Assembly: GCA_002189035.1 (NCBI GenBank)
Contig: CM007989.1
Location: 5,704,001 to 5,768,000, forward strand
Length of the DNA stretch: 64,000 nt
Direction: 5' to 3'
Origin: Utricularia gibba
Taxonomy: Eukaryota > Plantae > Magnoliophyta
Under the pieces are notes generated by a model. The model had not been told where the DNA came from. It did no database searches and worked only from the letters and a program-made list of their open reading frames with translations. Position numbers and translations under genes: made by a program. Of the stretch, positions 51,836 through 64,000 are shown piece after piece. Position 1 is the first letter of the stretch; the number at the start of each line of letters is the position of its first letter.

Positions 51836-53467
51836 TTATCGGATGCTGCTTTTTCGACCCAAAAGCTCACGCCGATGTGAACTGTTCTTCAAAGCTCTCT
51901 TCATCAACGCGTCGACAGCTGCACCAATCAACTGGAACAACAAGGCAGCGTCTTTTAAATAAAGGAAAAAAGGGAAGAAACGTAAAGAGGGGCAAGCAAA
52001 GAATGCTGGTTAGCCGCCACCTTTGGTGCTCTTTGCTGTTTTCGGCGAACATGCAGGTTTGCTACCAGACGGATCAAATGCTCCCGCTGGTTACCAAATA
52101 AAATGGATTACACTCTCTAATTATACAAAATTCACCTCTTCAGGCTTCATTGAAAAGCTCATGAGTTAGAAAAGAAGAGTACCTGAAACCTAAGACAAAG
52201 CTGCACCCAATCAAAAAAATCCATCGGAGGCACTTGTTTTCCAGAAGTCTCTATGACAGGAAGCCCTTGCACATTTTGGACGCCGCCTACGGCAGATTTA
52301 GTTTGTCCAGTCCACTGCAGTTACAAGCCATTTATTTCCTTCAGGAAATCATTTTTTGATGACCCCGTGTTAGAGAAATGACAAACATTCGTAACCTCGG
52401 GAAGTTGCCTTATTGCTGCCATATGAGCACCTTCTTGGCCACTTGGGAGAGTGTTATTTGACACATCCAATCTAGATCTCGAAAGATCGGAGTCTGGCAA
52501 GGTCTGTTGAAGGATAAATGATTAGATTATCAAAATGGTTAATCATAAGGAACAAACGAAATGAGAAAACAGAAACAGGGAACACTAGGAGAAACCTCAG
52601 AACGTGCTGCGCTGGTTAGAGCGTTTAGTACTTCCAGCAAAACTGACGCAATGTCCTGGACTTTGATCAGCTTCTCTCTTTCAGAATACCCAGTAACAGC
52701 TTATAGTCAATTATCATGAAACACACTCCAGGAAACCGTAGACAACATATCAAATATGCTCAAGGAAACCGTAGACTACCTGTTTGCAGGAGTGAGTTCT
52801 CCACCATGTTTGATTATGTAGTCATTGTACTGGCTGTATACTCGTCGTAATTCAGGCAGCAACTCACTTTTTTCACCCTTCATAACCTCCTCATCCTAAA
52901 GACCATGAACTCCCAAATCAGAGGGGCGATTGCTTATACATCCTCTTTTAAGGCATAAGAAAACTTCATTAATTACCTGTTGAAGCCGCTGAAGCAGAGC
53001 AGTCTTAAACTGTCGAACTCCATGACCTCGTGAGTTTCTATCCAAGTTATGTGTAAGTGCAAAAGCGTGCACACGACCTGGCGAAAGGACTCAATAATCA
53101 ACTCCAGCGCCTCCCATTAAGGAAAGAATACAAATCTCCACGCAAGAACTCATCTTTACCAAACCAAGCATCAAGAATCGTGCAACGTGAATCAATCAAA
53201 AAATAAAACAACTTTCCAGAACTCACAGAAATAAGCAGCGCGGGGCTCATCCATCGCAATGTGGTTGGCCACGAGAAGAAACCTGTGGATCTGAGGAGCC
53301 AGAGCAACAGGGACCTTTTCACTGTCAAAGGGCGACGCAACATACTCACGTCCTGAAGTAATAAAACTCGTAAATGGTCTCTCAGTATTGGTGCCCTGAG
53401 CTCTTACACGGGTGCTTGGCCTACTCCCAAGACCATTTTGAGGGCTCGCAAGCACAACTTCCGCCAT
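51836..53467 (-). pseudogene. CALS: Truncated callose synthase (CalS7/GSL7-like), N-terminal 8 exons only; potentially an open frame of about 313 aa
   Basis: Exons (minus): 53467-53227, 53077-52977, 52895-52780, 52677-52596, 52503-52396, 52314-52183, 52086-52021, 51931-51836. Motifs PFDSEKVP, RGHGVRQFKTALLQRL, DEE, IASVLLEVL, AIRQLPE, DFFDWVQ..RFQ, NQREHLI, AVDALMK..KN...LGRKSSI. No FKS1 or glucan-synthase exons found further along the minus strand. Confidence 0.85.
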
Positions 53468-54129
53468 TTTTCCTCAGCCCAAGAAAGAACTTGGACTTGG
53501 AGTGTTGTTGGGAGAAACAAGGCGTAGAATGCGTGTATATAAATTGATTTTGGTGGGAACTTTTTCATCATGGCTTACATATCTTCTTCGCTTTTTGCTT
53601 TTATCCCATAGATTCAACAACGGCTGGCATGTGTTTGGATTCGCAGATGCAGTAGAAGATGGGCGCAAAAGGTGGCCACTGGTTTCCTTACCACCGAAGC
53701 AGAAAACACAGTTCACATATTTCCTTTCTCGCATTTTTTCTGAAGTTGCTCACTCAGCCATCTCCTTTTATGACCGCGTATCCGTGCCACCACTCACTTC
53801 CCGAAAAAGTGAATTCCTGTTAATGTAATGTTTAATAAAAAAAATATAGATTTTTTTGTGGTTTTCGTAAACGCAGAACAGAGCAATCCCTTCATTCGTA
53901 TGAACGTAAATTGAGTATAGAATGTTAGCTTTTGTATAAATATGGAAGATGTAAAATTAGGCATAAATTAAGCATTACTTACTATAGATTAGAAGACAAT
54001 ATTTGTATAAATACAATAGACTTTTTGTATAATACGATGATAAAGTTTTTCAAATTTATTGCTTCTCAACATGGTATTAGACTTTTCTCAATTTCTTCCT
54101 TTCTTCCTCATCTCCATGTCTTCTCCATC

Positions 54130-55880
54130 GCCTCACAAGGCTTGCTTGGCACATCTCTGCTAGTTTCGAATCATTTGAAAGCGATTCATCTTACTTTGAT
54201 TCTCTCGACCATACTGATAGATATGAGGAGTTGCCCATTGTTCCAAAGAAAATACATGATAAAGATTTTTTTATACTTACTTCTTGGTCTATGGCTTCCA
54301 AAGCAACACATGAATGGCAAAAAATCGATTTTCTCACTATGACATTGTTCTCAATTTCATGGAGAAAGATCTGGCCAAAACATTTCATTTATGCATCATT
54401 TGCTCATGAATTATGGATTGACGTTGAATGCCAATTAGGTGTTTTTGTGGAACCCCAAGGAGTTACATTAAATCATGTAAGGATCAGGATCAATTGTTGT
54501 CTACGACACCAAACTTAAATGGACTTGGAGTGCATTGGGCACTTTATGCCCACTACCTGCACCAAATAGTAAGGAAAGAATTTTGATGATAGGAGGACGA
54601 TGCTTATGGTTGAACATTTTCAATGATTCACTTTGGCATCATATTATTGGAACTCCCTCACTTATTACCAATGATGCCTATCAGATGATGCTTATGGTTG
54701 AACATTACCATCCTACTAATGTCTATATTGTTGATTTAAATTTGGGTTCCATCATGGTAGTTCAGAATGCTTCTTTGACTACACAAGTATAGAAAGTTGT
54801 CACTCTTCGAAGAAGAAACAAGTGAGCTGTTCCTACTTCATTGGCCTTATCATAATACAAATTGCATGATTCTAACTGAGCATAAGTAGCATGTTGACAA
54901 GAATTCCGCCAATATGGCTGTTGATATTGCATTCATGCCTTTTGATGGGCATTATGGTGATTTGCACCACTCTCAACCTCCTCATTTCATTAACTTTGTG
55001 CAGTTGATACAGTCTTTGTATAAAAAACAGCATGACGCAATGACTAGCATTAATGGTGATTCTTCTACTAAGTGTTTTGAATTTAAATTGTATCTTGACT
55101 CAGGTGCTACTTCTCACATGTGCGGTACTACTACATCCTTATTGAATCTCAAGCATCTGGCATATGATCTTTGAATTTACTTACCTACAATTCAATGCTT
55201 TTTGGTTGATGATGCTGAGGATTATCAATTGAAATCTTATCTCTAACTATTTGATGTTCTCAAAGTTCCCAATTTTTTATTTAATTTGGCTTATGTTTAT
55301 CAAGTTGTGAAGCAAAAAAAAAAAAAAAATGTAAAAGATGTGCTTTATATTAATGGATTTTTTTTATAGGACTGACAACATAATTTTACAATTGCATGAA
55401 GATATGAAAAACATGCCCTTTTATTACTTACCTACTACTTTGCATCAATACATTATGATTGGGGGTTGCGATGTTAATATTGTTCATGCATTTTCTAGCG
55501 ACACTTTAGCAGTTTATTCGCTTGGTTGAAGTGTAGCTTTTAGAAGCTCAAAATTGAGAATGGTTCTAAATTTGTCAATAAAACATGTTGATAGCTTTTC
55601 TTATCTCGAGGGATTGCTCATCTTCATACCTGCACTCATTCTAAACAACTGAATGGACAAGTTTAATGTAAGCACAAGCACTTACTTTAGATAGCTCTTT
55701 TCATACCTTTTCACACTAGGTTATCTAAATCTTTTTGTCAGTAATGCTATTCTCACTACAACCTACCTAATTAATAAGATATCATTTAACTTTATTCACT
55801 AGAAAACACTTTATGAACTTCTCTTTGGTACAGTGGCAAATTATTTTACTCTATATACTTTTGGTCGTTTACTCTTTGTA
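54130..55880 (+). mobile_element. Decayed Ty1/copia gag-protease-integrase remnant
   Basis: gag-like FNFMEKDLAKTF; protease YLDSGATSHMC (about 55090-55125); integrase RGIAHLHTCTHSKQLNGQV*CKHKHLL...TTYLINKI...KTLYELLFG. Confidence 0.8.
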
Positions 55881-56428
55881 GTTGATACATCTCCGGCAAG
55901 CTTGCCTGAATTAAATTCCCTTTGCTCCTTGGATACACATAGAACATTGGAGATGCTATTGGATCATTTGGGAAGATGTGCATGATAGCAAAGATCAAGG
56001 AGAAAATCCACTTGATGCTGGTGGATGATAGATTATCTCTTATCACCTGATGGGGAGTCCTAAAGGTCTTACATTCATTTGACTGCTTGAGATTGTAGCA
56101 GCCTACATGTGGAGACCCAACGAAGTGCATGTCATCCAAATCCTCATGCTAATTTTCTGATCCAAAAGAATGAACCTTTTCCTCAAAAAAAAAAAAAAGA
56201 AAAAAAGGTGGAAGGGAGAGGGGATAAAAGAGTGTTGATAGAAAGGGTGCAAGAAAGTGAAATAGATGAAGTAGTGTATTATGTGAAGGACCTTTAAATA
56301 GGCATAAATATGAGTAGAGGAGAAAAGAGATAATTTTTTACCAATGAAATATGCAGAAAGAAGGCCAAAGACCTCTCTAGTGTTCTTGGATTTCAGGGTT
56401 TATCATGTTTTTGCAACTGTGTTCATAA

Positions 56429-58480
56429 GAGCATCTTCAACCATAAGTAGATAGCATCATTATTATTAATTGAACGTCATTTCCTATTTTTTTAATCAAT
56501 AATTATAAAATTTTTTATATATCCACACTTTTTAACACTTAAGTTAGATATATGTTGGACAAACACCACTATTTTCTCGTGAACTACTTAATTCTTCCTT
56601 CTTGGTTGCCGTTATTCTTGCTTCTCTACCAAAAAATTGTCTTTTGAGATCTACACCTAGTAACTTTGACACTCTAGCCAAATGAAGACAATGGTGACGA
56701 TGATTTTAACAATTGGACTTCTCTTTGATTTTTATTTTATGACATTTTAATTTGTAATTACATCAATTTTCATGCTTTATTACTTGTACTTACAGATCTA
56801 TGGTTTATTAATTGTAGTTTGTTTGTGTATGCACGAATAGTTTTAGTTTCAAAGGAAATACTTCTCATTGAATGGTTGTATAAAGTTATTAAAATCACTT
56901 CTTTTGGAAGCTAAGTTTCAGGAGGCAGAATTGTTACCGTGATTAACGATTATCATATACTTGCTTATGGTTCTACATCATCAATACTACTTTGTCACTT
57001 GTAGCTTTAAATAGATTGTTGGTTGTTTTGAATTTACATTATGATCTTAATGTTATCATTATTGTAGATGATTGATCAAAATGGATTATAATCGAAAAGA
57101 TGAATTGAAGATGAAGAGCTTCTTCTTATTTCAACTTGGTTGAATGCTAGTATTGTGATATAGGGGTCGGGAGATATCATTATATTGATGCTTTCAAGAA
57201 AAAATGGAGCAACTTGAATCGAGATGTCCAAACATTTACTGGTTGTTATAGTCAAGTCTAACAAGCGGAATGAATGAACATGATTATAAATGAGATGTTG
57301 TAGCCCTCTTCATGCAACAAACATGGAAGGATTTTGTCATTTAAATTGTTAGAAAATTTTGAGAAATGAGCCAAAGTGGAAAACAGGAATATTTTAAGTT
57401 TGTTTATATTAGTTTCCTCATTTACATACAATATGAATTTTTCTTATGACAGTTTGTTAATCTCAGAATTAAGAATTCAGGAAAGAAAAGGTGTATTGAG
57501 AATGACATAGAGAAAGCAATGGAAACTCCACAAACACAACGTGATGTGCATCCTATGAGCCAAAAAGTAGCGAAGTGAATGCATAGTGGTGATAGTAGTC
57601 CCTCAAGATCTACCACAAACTTGGAATTGAGTAAATACACCATACCCTGAACCACTATGAGACGCTATTCAATCTCAAACTGCAGTGTGCAATAGGTACA
57701 AGGAATTTTAAATATCGAAGGAAATTAGAAAACTACATTTTTCTAAAGTTGGATGATTACACCTTTGAAAAAAGGAACTTTTACAATGCAACAATGAATA
57801 CATTGCAAGTTATGATGCAATCTCTACCAAATATGAATTCTGTCACTTTTACAATAACACAAGGTGATCATAGTCAAGTACGTGCTGAATATGTTGTGAA
57901 CTTGGGAGATGGTTTGAACAACATAGATCTTACTATTTCTAGCTTTTAGATCATATTTATGTAGGATAACAATTATATTTCATGTAGAAGATAAACTTCT
58001 TTCATGTACATGTATTAGATTTTGCATCTTTAAAATTGTAATTTTCATGAAAAATATATTTGAATTGCATAATAATATAAAAACAATAGAATATTGTAAA
58101 GTTGCATAATAATATAAAGCAAACGAATATCATAAGCTACAAAATATTTTAAAGAAAAGTAATATTTTCAAATTGCAAAATATTTAAAGTAAAGGAATAT
58201 TTAAAAATTATAGAATAATTTGTAAATCGACCCTATAAAAGACTATGTGATCCTTTTCATATTTATATCTCTACACCCATATCTTCTGTATTCTCATGAA
58301 TCATCCAAACTTCTTCATTCTATTTGCTACAATGGACTTGGAAGGAATAGTTCAAGTAGGATATAGTCATATTTTAAATAATTATGCAATAGTGAAGAAG
58401 GGTCTCGAAAACATCTAGCACCTCATTGTTTCCTTAAGTGTGAATGTGAAGCTGATCATGCTAAATTGTATCAAGATTAT
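56429..58480 (+). mobile_element. Pong-like (Harbinger superfamily) element, left part, cut by LTR insertions
   Basis: TAA then TIR GAGCATCTTCAA at 56429; ORF1 remnants EDEELLLISTWLNAS...KKKWSNLNRDVQTFTGCYSQ...ILRNEPKW (57090-57385); transposase start ECEADHAKLYQDY runs directly into the LTR at 58481. Confidence 0.7.
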
Positions 58481-58828
58481 TGATAAACGAAAAATATTGC
58501 AATGTCATTAATATGCAAATTTTCCAATCAAATAAAATTTATAAACCTAATTCACATCAAGTCATATGAAAAATATGAATATAATAGACTAAGGTCGAAC
58601 ACAAGGAGTTAGGAGCTTGCTATGTAAAAGTCAATACATATAATTAGTGTCACGTTGGTAGATTTGGTCTTAACTAGGATTAAGGCAGAATAATGATGGA
58701 ATGTAAAGAAAAGTAACAAACTTTTGAACGGGTTGTTCTTGAGATGAAATGGATGATACCTTAGGACTCCTATAGGATGTATGTCTATCATTAAAACATT
58801 CTCACACAAACTATGAATCAAACATCCA
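58481..58828 (-). mobile_element. Fragment of a family A LTR
   Basis: TGATAAACGAAAAAT...TCAAATAAAATTTATAAACCTAA...GGTCGAACACAAGGAG...TAGTGTCACGTTGGTA, colinear with 45382-45570. Confidence 0.7.
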
Positions 58829-59686
58829 TGAAAGCACATAGATTTTTCTACTTTTATTATACGGAAATCACAAGTTTTTAATTATATTTAGTTATTTATT
58901 TTATAGTTTTAAGTATTTTGATGTAACTTAGGGAGAGAGAGCAGTTTTCAGCATGCACACGAGGGGGTTTCTCCTCCAACTCAAACACGACGAATACTGA
59001 GAGGAGAAGGAAAAAGAAGGGTAATTTTTCTGGAGAAAAACCTCCAACGTGAAGAACAAAGATCAAGACCCAGTCCAGCGCTACTGTTCTGGCCTTTGAA
59101 CAGTAGCAGACAAAAACTAGAACTCTTACTACTTTACTTTCGCTTGTTGATGTTTTTAGTTTCTCCAACCAACTCTTTCACGATATTCTTGACATTTTTT
59201 GCACATTATGTTAATGTTATCATATTTTACATTCCAAGTATGAATAGCTAAACCTTTTGGAATGCCTTAAGGTAAAACATGGTAATGTGGATTTAGGATT
59301 CATAAGAAAATTCATCATTGTTTCTTAGCTCTTGTTTCTATCATTCCATGGGTAGACCTAAAGAGAGGAACAAGTAGCTTCACAACTAAGATGCTTGATT
59401 TAGAGGTAGACCAACAAATCAAGGCGAAAGCAGTGGGTGTTAGTCTGAGGTAGAACGAGTAGAATCGAGTAGACCTAGTTCTATATGCTTTTCATGCGGG
59501 TAGACTAATTGCAATGTTGGTGATGATATAGGGGACTAGCTTAGCTGAAAATATGATGAATGACCTGGGTAGACTTAGGTTATTTGAAGTTGTGAGTGTA
59601 GGAACATAGTAGATTCAGTTAGGCATTTTAGCACCACACCAACTGCAGACCCTTAAGACATTTTAGTATTACTTTGAGGTAGAACC
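58829..59686 (+). mobile_element. Truncated third family B LTR, opposite orientation
   Basis: Reverse-complement homology to 23680-24810, e.g. GAATGACCTGGGTAGACTTAGGTTATTTGAAGTTGTGAG. Confidence 0.8.
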
Positions 59687-60035
59687 TAGTGGGGCATAAA
59701 TTGGATTAAGATAATCGGCCTCTGAAAAGCTGCTGAAAGGTGCTTTGACGGGCTAGCGCTGGCCGACAAAACGATATGTTTCAGAGACCTGACAACGGCG
59801 GTCGTATGGCGCAGTCTAAAAAATGACCGGATCATAGCAAAACAGGCGGCGATCATCTGAAAAGTAAGATCACAGTACAAGCACAAAAAGTAACCGACGC
59901 CTACAGAACTCATATTTTGGTTAGATCGACCTCTCCTATAAGTAGGGGAAATTCTGAAGAGACCTGTGTTCCACTCTAAGCCCTCCAACTTGTACTTCTC
60001 TCCCCACCTCCATCTAGTGAAGACTTTGAAGTTTA
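59687..60035 (+). mobile_element. Truncated family C (Tat/Retand) LTR
   Basis: Starts TAGTGGGGCATAAATTGG; colinear with 37641-37985. Confidence 0.7.
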
Positions 60036-60111
60036 CACCCCTGATAGGCATCCCAAATCGTAAGCCTTGGCCAAGTCATGTAAGCCTAGGCAAATCTTCT
60101 AAGTCTACGGG

Positions 60112-63100
60112 TGTTATGGGTGAAATCGGTATTCGGTAAGAGGCCGATTTTAGGTGATGGGCGTGGTCAGGAATGCCACACTTAGTCACCTTCTCCACGG
60201 CTAGTACGATTAAAATAAGAGTGAACAGGGATTTTTTACGTGGATACCGCCGGAGAGCGGAAAAACCATGGAGCTGCCGGAGCTCGCCGGAAAAGAGTTT
60301 CACTAGATGGGGGTCGCGAAAAAGGAGAATACAACTTGAAGAAATCTTTTCTGAGTCCAACCCCTTTCTTGTCATAATTCCATCTATTTATAGGAGAGCT
60401 CACTCTGACCGAATTCTGGTGTCTACAAATATCGGTTGCTTTCTGCTCCTGCTATACGATCTCGCTTTTCAGATATCGGCCGCCTGTTATGCCGTAATTC
60501 GGCCGCTTTTTAGAATGTGTCATATGGCCATACCTGTCAGATTTCTGACAGACGTCGATCTGTCGTCTGGCGTTATTCCCTCGGGATCTCTTTTGGTAGC
60601 CTTTTAGGAACCGATTACCCTTGGCCGATTTTTCCCTTATCATTCAGCCCCTCTGATTCGCCGATATTAGCCCTTTTCGGGGTAAATCGGGGGATCAGAA
60701 CTACTACAATACCGATTCTTGAGTTGCCGCTTCCCCGAATAGGCCACATGTCGTTCTCTACCACGCGTCGGCTCGTTGGCATGCCACGTTTTTTCCCGCT
60801 CATTCTGGGTACCCCAAACGTCATGACACTTCGTCTCCCTAACCTTTCCCGTATAAATAAGCGCCCTTCGCGTTAGTTCTTTCCTTTGCCTTTTCTATTG
60901 CCTGCAAGAGTTTTGTGCCCTCTGTGCTCCGTCACACTCGTCTGCCGCTCGATCGTCGTGATATCCGTCGGAAAACGTCAATTTTCCAGGTATCATTCGG
61001 TTCTTCGTCTTTTCCATTTGGTCTTCTGGGATTTTTGACGGGTCCCCCTTGTCGTTCTAAGTCCTTCCCCCTTCCTAACTCCTGCCTCGTTCTACAGTTT
61101 TGGGCTTCTTTGAAAATGGGTAGGAGATCTAGTGAACTAAACATCCCCTTCCTTCGCATTCGGTACTCGATCCCTGATGAGTACCAGCTTTCTCATGCTC
61201 GGGATGTTGAAATCCCTTGGGGGTAGGTGAGGACCCCCTGCCTCCGTTCAGTCTCCCAATTCCACTTGCCTATTTCGAAAGCGATTTACGCTTCCCTCTT
61301 CACCCTTTAATAGTCCGTTTTCTCTATACCTTTGCAATTTCGATTTACTGTCTCGCCCCGAATTCCATATTCTGCTTTACCACTTTCCTTTTCTTTTCGG
61401 CCGGTATGGATCCGGCTATGACTCTGGTAGACTTCTGTCATCTCTTCAAGATAGCCGTTCGTAAAGCTAAGTCCCCGATGGATGGCCGATCTCACTTTCA
61501 ATTCCGATGATTCGAAGATAACCCCAACTTTGTTGTTAAAGCCCCTGATACCCACCATGATTGGTGGTCTTCTTTCATTTGGATAGCTCCCCTTTGGGTT
61601 CTCGGTGGAACTTCCCAGTCGATCCCCCAACTCCTTTCAAGATCAAGATCATGGGTCCGTATCGGTCTTCTTCCGAATCTCATGAAGTCGTTTATGAGAG
61701 GCTTAGTCGGGGCTTAGTTCGGTATGAGTCTCGTGCCTTGATGTTCTCGGATGAGTCGTTGAAAAGATTAGGTATTATCGGTCGTTCCCGAGACCTCCAT
61801 TGGCCCGATATCATTCCTTTCGACGGCACCGATTCGAGGAGCCTTCCTCTTAGCCCCTCTTCATCCTTCCCTCTTGTTCCGGCTTCACCTCCAATTCCCC
61901 CACCTGTACAAACTGGGGCCCCCAAGAAAAAGAAGAGGGTTAAGACAGTTGCGCACAAACCCTCAAAGAGGTAGAGAGGTAGTCGGGTTCAGCTTTCCCG
62001 AGTCTCAGAATCGGCACTATGCCTTATTGCTTTTCCTTCTTTCGTTTTCAGCTGAAGAGATGGCTCGGAGAAGCTCTCTGGAAGGTTCGGTGATGGCGCG
62101 GTTCTCCGCCGAGATGCAGAGGGTGCAGGAACCCGAGGATCCCTCCCTACACCAGTCTGTCTCCTATTTAACAGTTACCGCGAATTGCCGATTATAACCC
62201 CCCCCCCTTTTTTTTTGGTTTTTCTTTCAGGCTGATATGATTGGAGCTCAGTTGGACGCCGCTAATCCTTCCTCGGGGGAAGATCAAGTAGTAGAAGTCT
62301 CCGAGACCCGGGAGTTGACTTCCCGTCCTTCAGCCGGGAAAGGGAAAGAGAAACTTCCTCCATCACCCGATCTCAGCGATACTCCTATTCCCGATGCAAG
62401 ATTCTTTTCGGCTGGTGCTTCAATATCGGCTCTTCCAATCGAGTTATAGAGGGATTCTGCCCTCGTAGAAGTAAGGGACAACCCGGTGCTTCCTCTACCC
62501 TCAGTTCCAGCTGAACTAAGGGGAATCCTGGATGGAGCTATGTCTAATACCTCGGGTGTTGAGCCGGAGAAGATACTTGAAGGGATCTGGCAAGTACGTA
62601 TCCCGTTTCCTCTTCTAAGTTCTAAGTAGTCGGTCCTTGACTAGGGATATTCTTTTAGGCTCTGACTCTTGGGTGGGGAATGGTTAGAGAGATTGGCTCT
62701 CAATCAGAGGAAGTTTCTTGGCTTCGGGCCCAGGTTGTGGCTCAGAGCGCCCAGATAAAGTTGTTGGAGGAGGGGAGTTCGCTGAAAACCGTTTTAGGGA
62801 AACGCAGCCGCTAGGAGGAAGAACTGCAAAATGTGATCGAGGAAATGGGAAAGACGGTTGATGACGCTCAATCAGAGAGATAGGGCTTCAAAGTCCGATT
62901 TGAGGAGGCAGAAGCGGAGTTAGAGCATGCCAGGGGCCGCATTTCAGCATTGGAGGCCGAATTACTTGATCAACAAGCATCTCGGCAGGGTCTTCTGGAT
63001 GACTTTGTCAACTCGGCCTGTTTTGCCGAACTCACCGATATCTATGCAGGAGATTTATTCGGCTTACTTCTATACCATCAGAGACGACAGTTCAGCCGGG

Positions 63101-64000
63101 AATTTGGGCTTTCAATCATGGATCCGCGCTTCGACAGGATAAACCCCTGACGAAGGATGATAACATGCTTGATGTTATCGCGGATACCTTCCAGGCTCCG
63201 GAGTTCGGGTTAGAAGCTAATCGGGAGCGAATGATTTCGCTAATTCGGGCGAGTATAGGGCGAGAGAATGACGCCAAGTTGAGGGCAAGGATGGAACGGC
63301 ATACCGGTTCCTCTGCCAATCCTCCCGATAATCCCCATCCCCTCTTGTACTTTAGTAGTTTTTGACTTGATGTTTTTCCCCCTGCTGTGGGGCTTTTTTG
63401 ATAATTTTGGTCTCCCGGTTCGGGATTTTCTTCTAATTTACTCTGTTTTTTGCGCATCACTTTTGCCTTTGGTGACGTTCACATTTTGAGGGAAGCCCCG
63501 AGTTGGTTTGCTGTGTCTATTACGTGCTTAGACTTGGAGATTCGCCTATACTTTTATGATTCGGGGGTGGATGCCTCCTCGCCAACCCTTTGATTGGACT
63601 TTTTGATTTTAGTTTGCCTTAGTGTTTCCTCATGCGAGCTGAACTGCTGCTAGGGAAGTAGGTCGGAACCCCTCATGGGTTGAGCGACTTCTCCAATCCG
63701 AAAGGGCCCTCTTTTGGCCATACCCATTGTTTTGAACATTGGTGGATTTGCTTTGGGTGCTCTTGCCGCCTCGAGATTACGACAACAAGGTCAATACTTA
63801 AGGGCTTTTTGGGGTTTACGCGTGCGATTTATATAAACCGGTGCTCGAATCGTACCAGGGCTTATTCTTGCTATTGACACCTGGGTTGGTGTATCGCATA
63901 TATATATCGTGGGAGACCCCGAGTCGATTTGCTGTATCCCATAGGGGACTCCGATTTAGGAGATTCGCCTGGGCTTACGTTACTTGGCCAAAGCTTTAAA
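60112..64000 (-). mobile_element. 3' end of a Tat/Retand Ty3/gypsy element: 3' LTR, polypurine tract, antisense accessory ORF
   Basis: LTR 60112-60642 (TGATAAGGG...CCATAACA on minus); polypurine tract AGAGGGGCTGAA at 60643-60654; accessory ORF on the opposite strand. gag-pol would lie beyond the window. Confidence 0.85.
61116..63150 (+). pseudogene. Retand accessory ORF (Transposase_28-like domain and SMC-like coiled coil), spliced, disabled
   Basis: LRIRYSIPDEY...YFESDLRFPLHPLIVRFL...LAPNS...HHDWWSSFIWIAP; NLS-like PKKKKRVK; acceptors ending at 62050, 62230 and about 62659; coiled coil FEEAEAELEHARGRISALEAELLD. Frameshifts at about 61222 and 61590; stop at 61508. Confidence 0.75.

Noticed and set aside
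55313-55329. Poly(A) run as a LINE/SINE tail (also about 30538-30555)
   Set aside because: No upstream Pol III boxes, LINE homology or TSD; simple homopolymers inside other TEs.
1-64000. Organellar insertions, rRNA, tRNA genes, prokaryotic defence systems
   Set aside because: None recognised. Spliceosomal introns and plant TE families account for the content.

Overview
Angiosperm nuclear DNA, rich in transposable elements (TEs). No rRNA, tRNA gene or CRISPR array was seen. Four apparently intact spliced genes were reconstructed by hand with GT-AG sites and frame checked: a clade-F PP2C phosphatase (-), a compact and divergent GOLDEN2-like (GLK) transcription factor (+), a MIKC* S-clade MADS-box gene (-) and transcription elongation factor ELF1 (+). 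There is also a 5'-only callose synthase (CalS7-like) copy whose 8 exons can still be spliced into an open frame of about 313 aa. The rest is nested, decayed TEs: Ty1/copia, Ty3/gypsy (chromovirus-like pol, Athila, Tat/Retand), PIF/Harbinger/Pong, MULE and one hAT-like end. Several solo LTRs retain their target-site duplications (TSDs). The most unusual objects are (1) a spliced, now disabled gene fusing a Retand-type Transposase_28-like domain to an FCP1/NIF-like HAD phosphatase, (2) the truncated but open callose synthase, (3) a perfect 36-bp inverted repeat in one LTR of an old copia element, and (4) the shortened GLK with substitutions in its signature motifs. All family assignments come from recognising translated motifs by eye; no database search was run. 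TE boundaries without a TSD are approximate.
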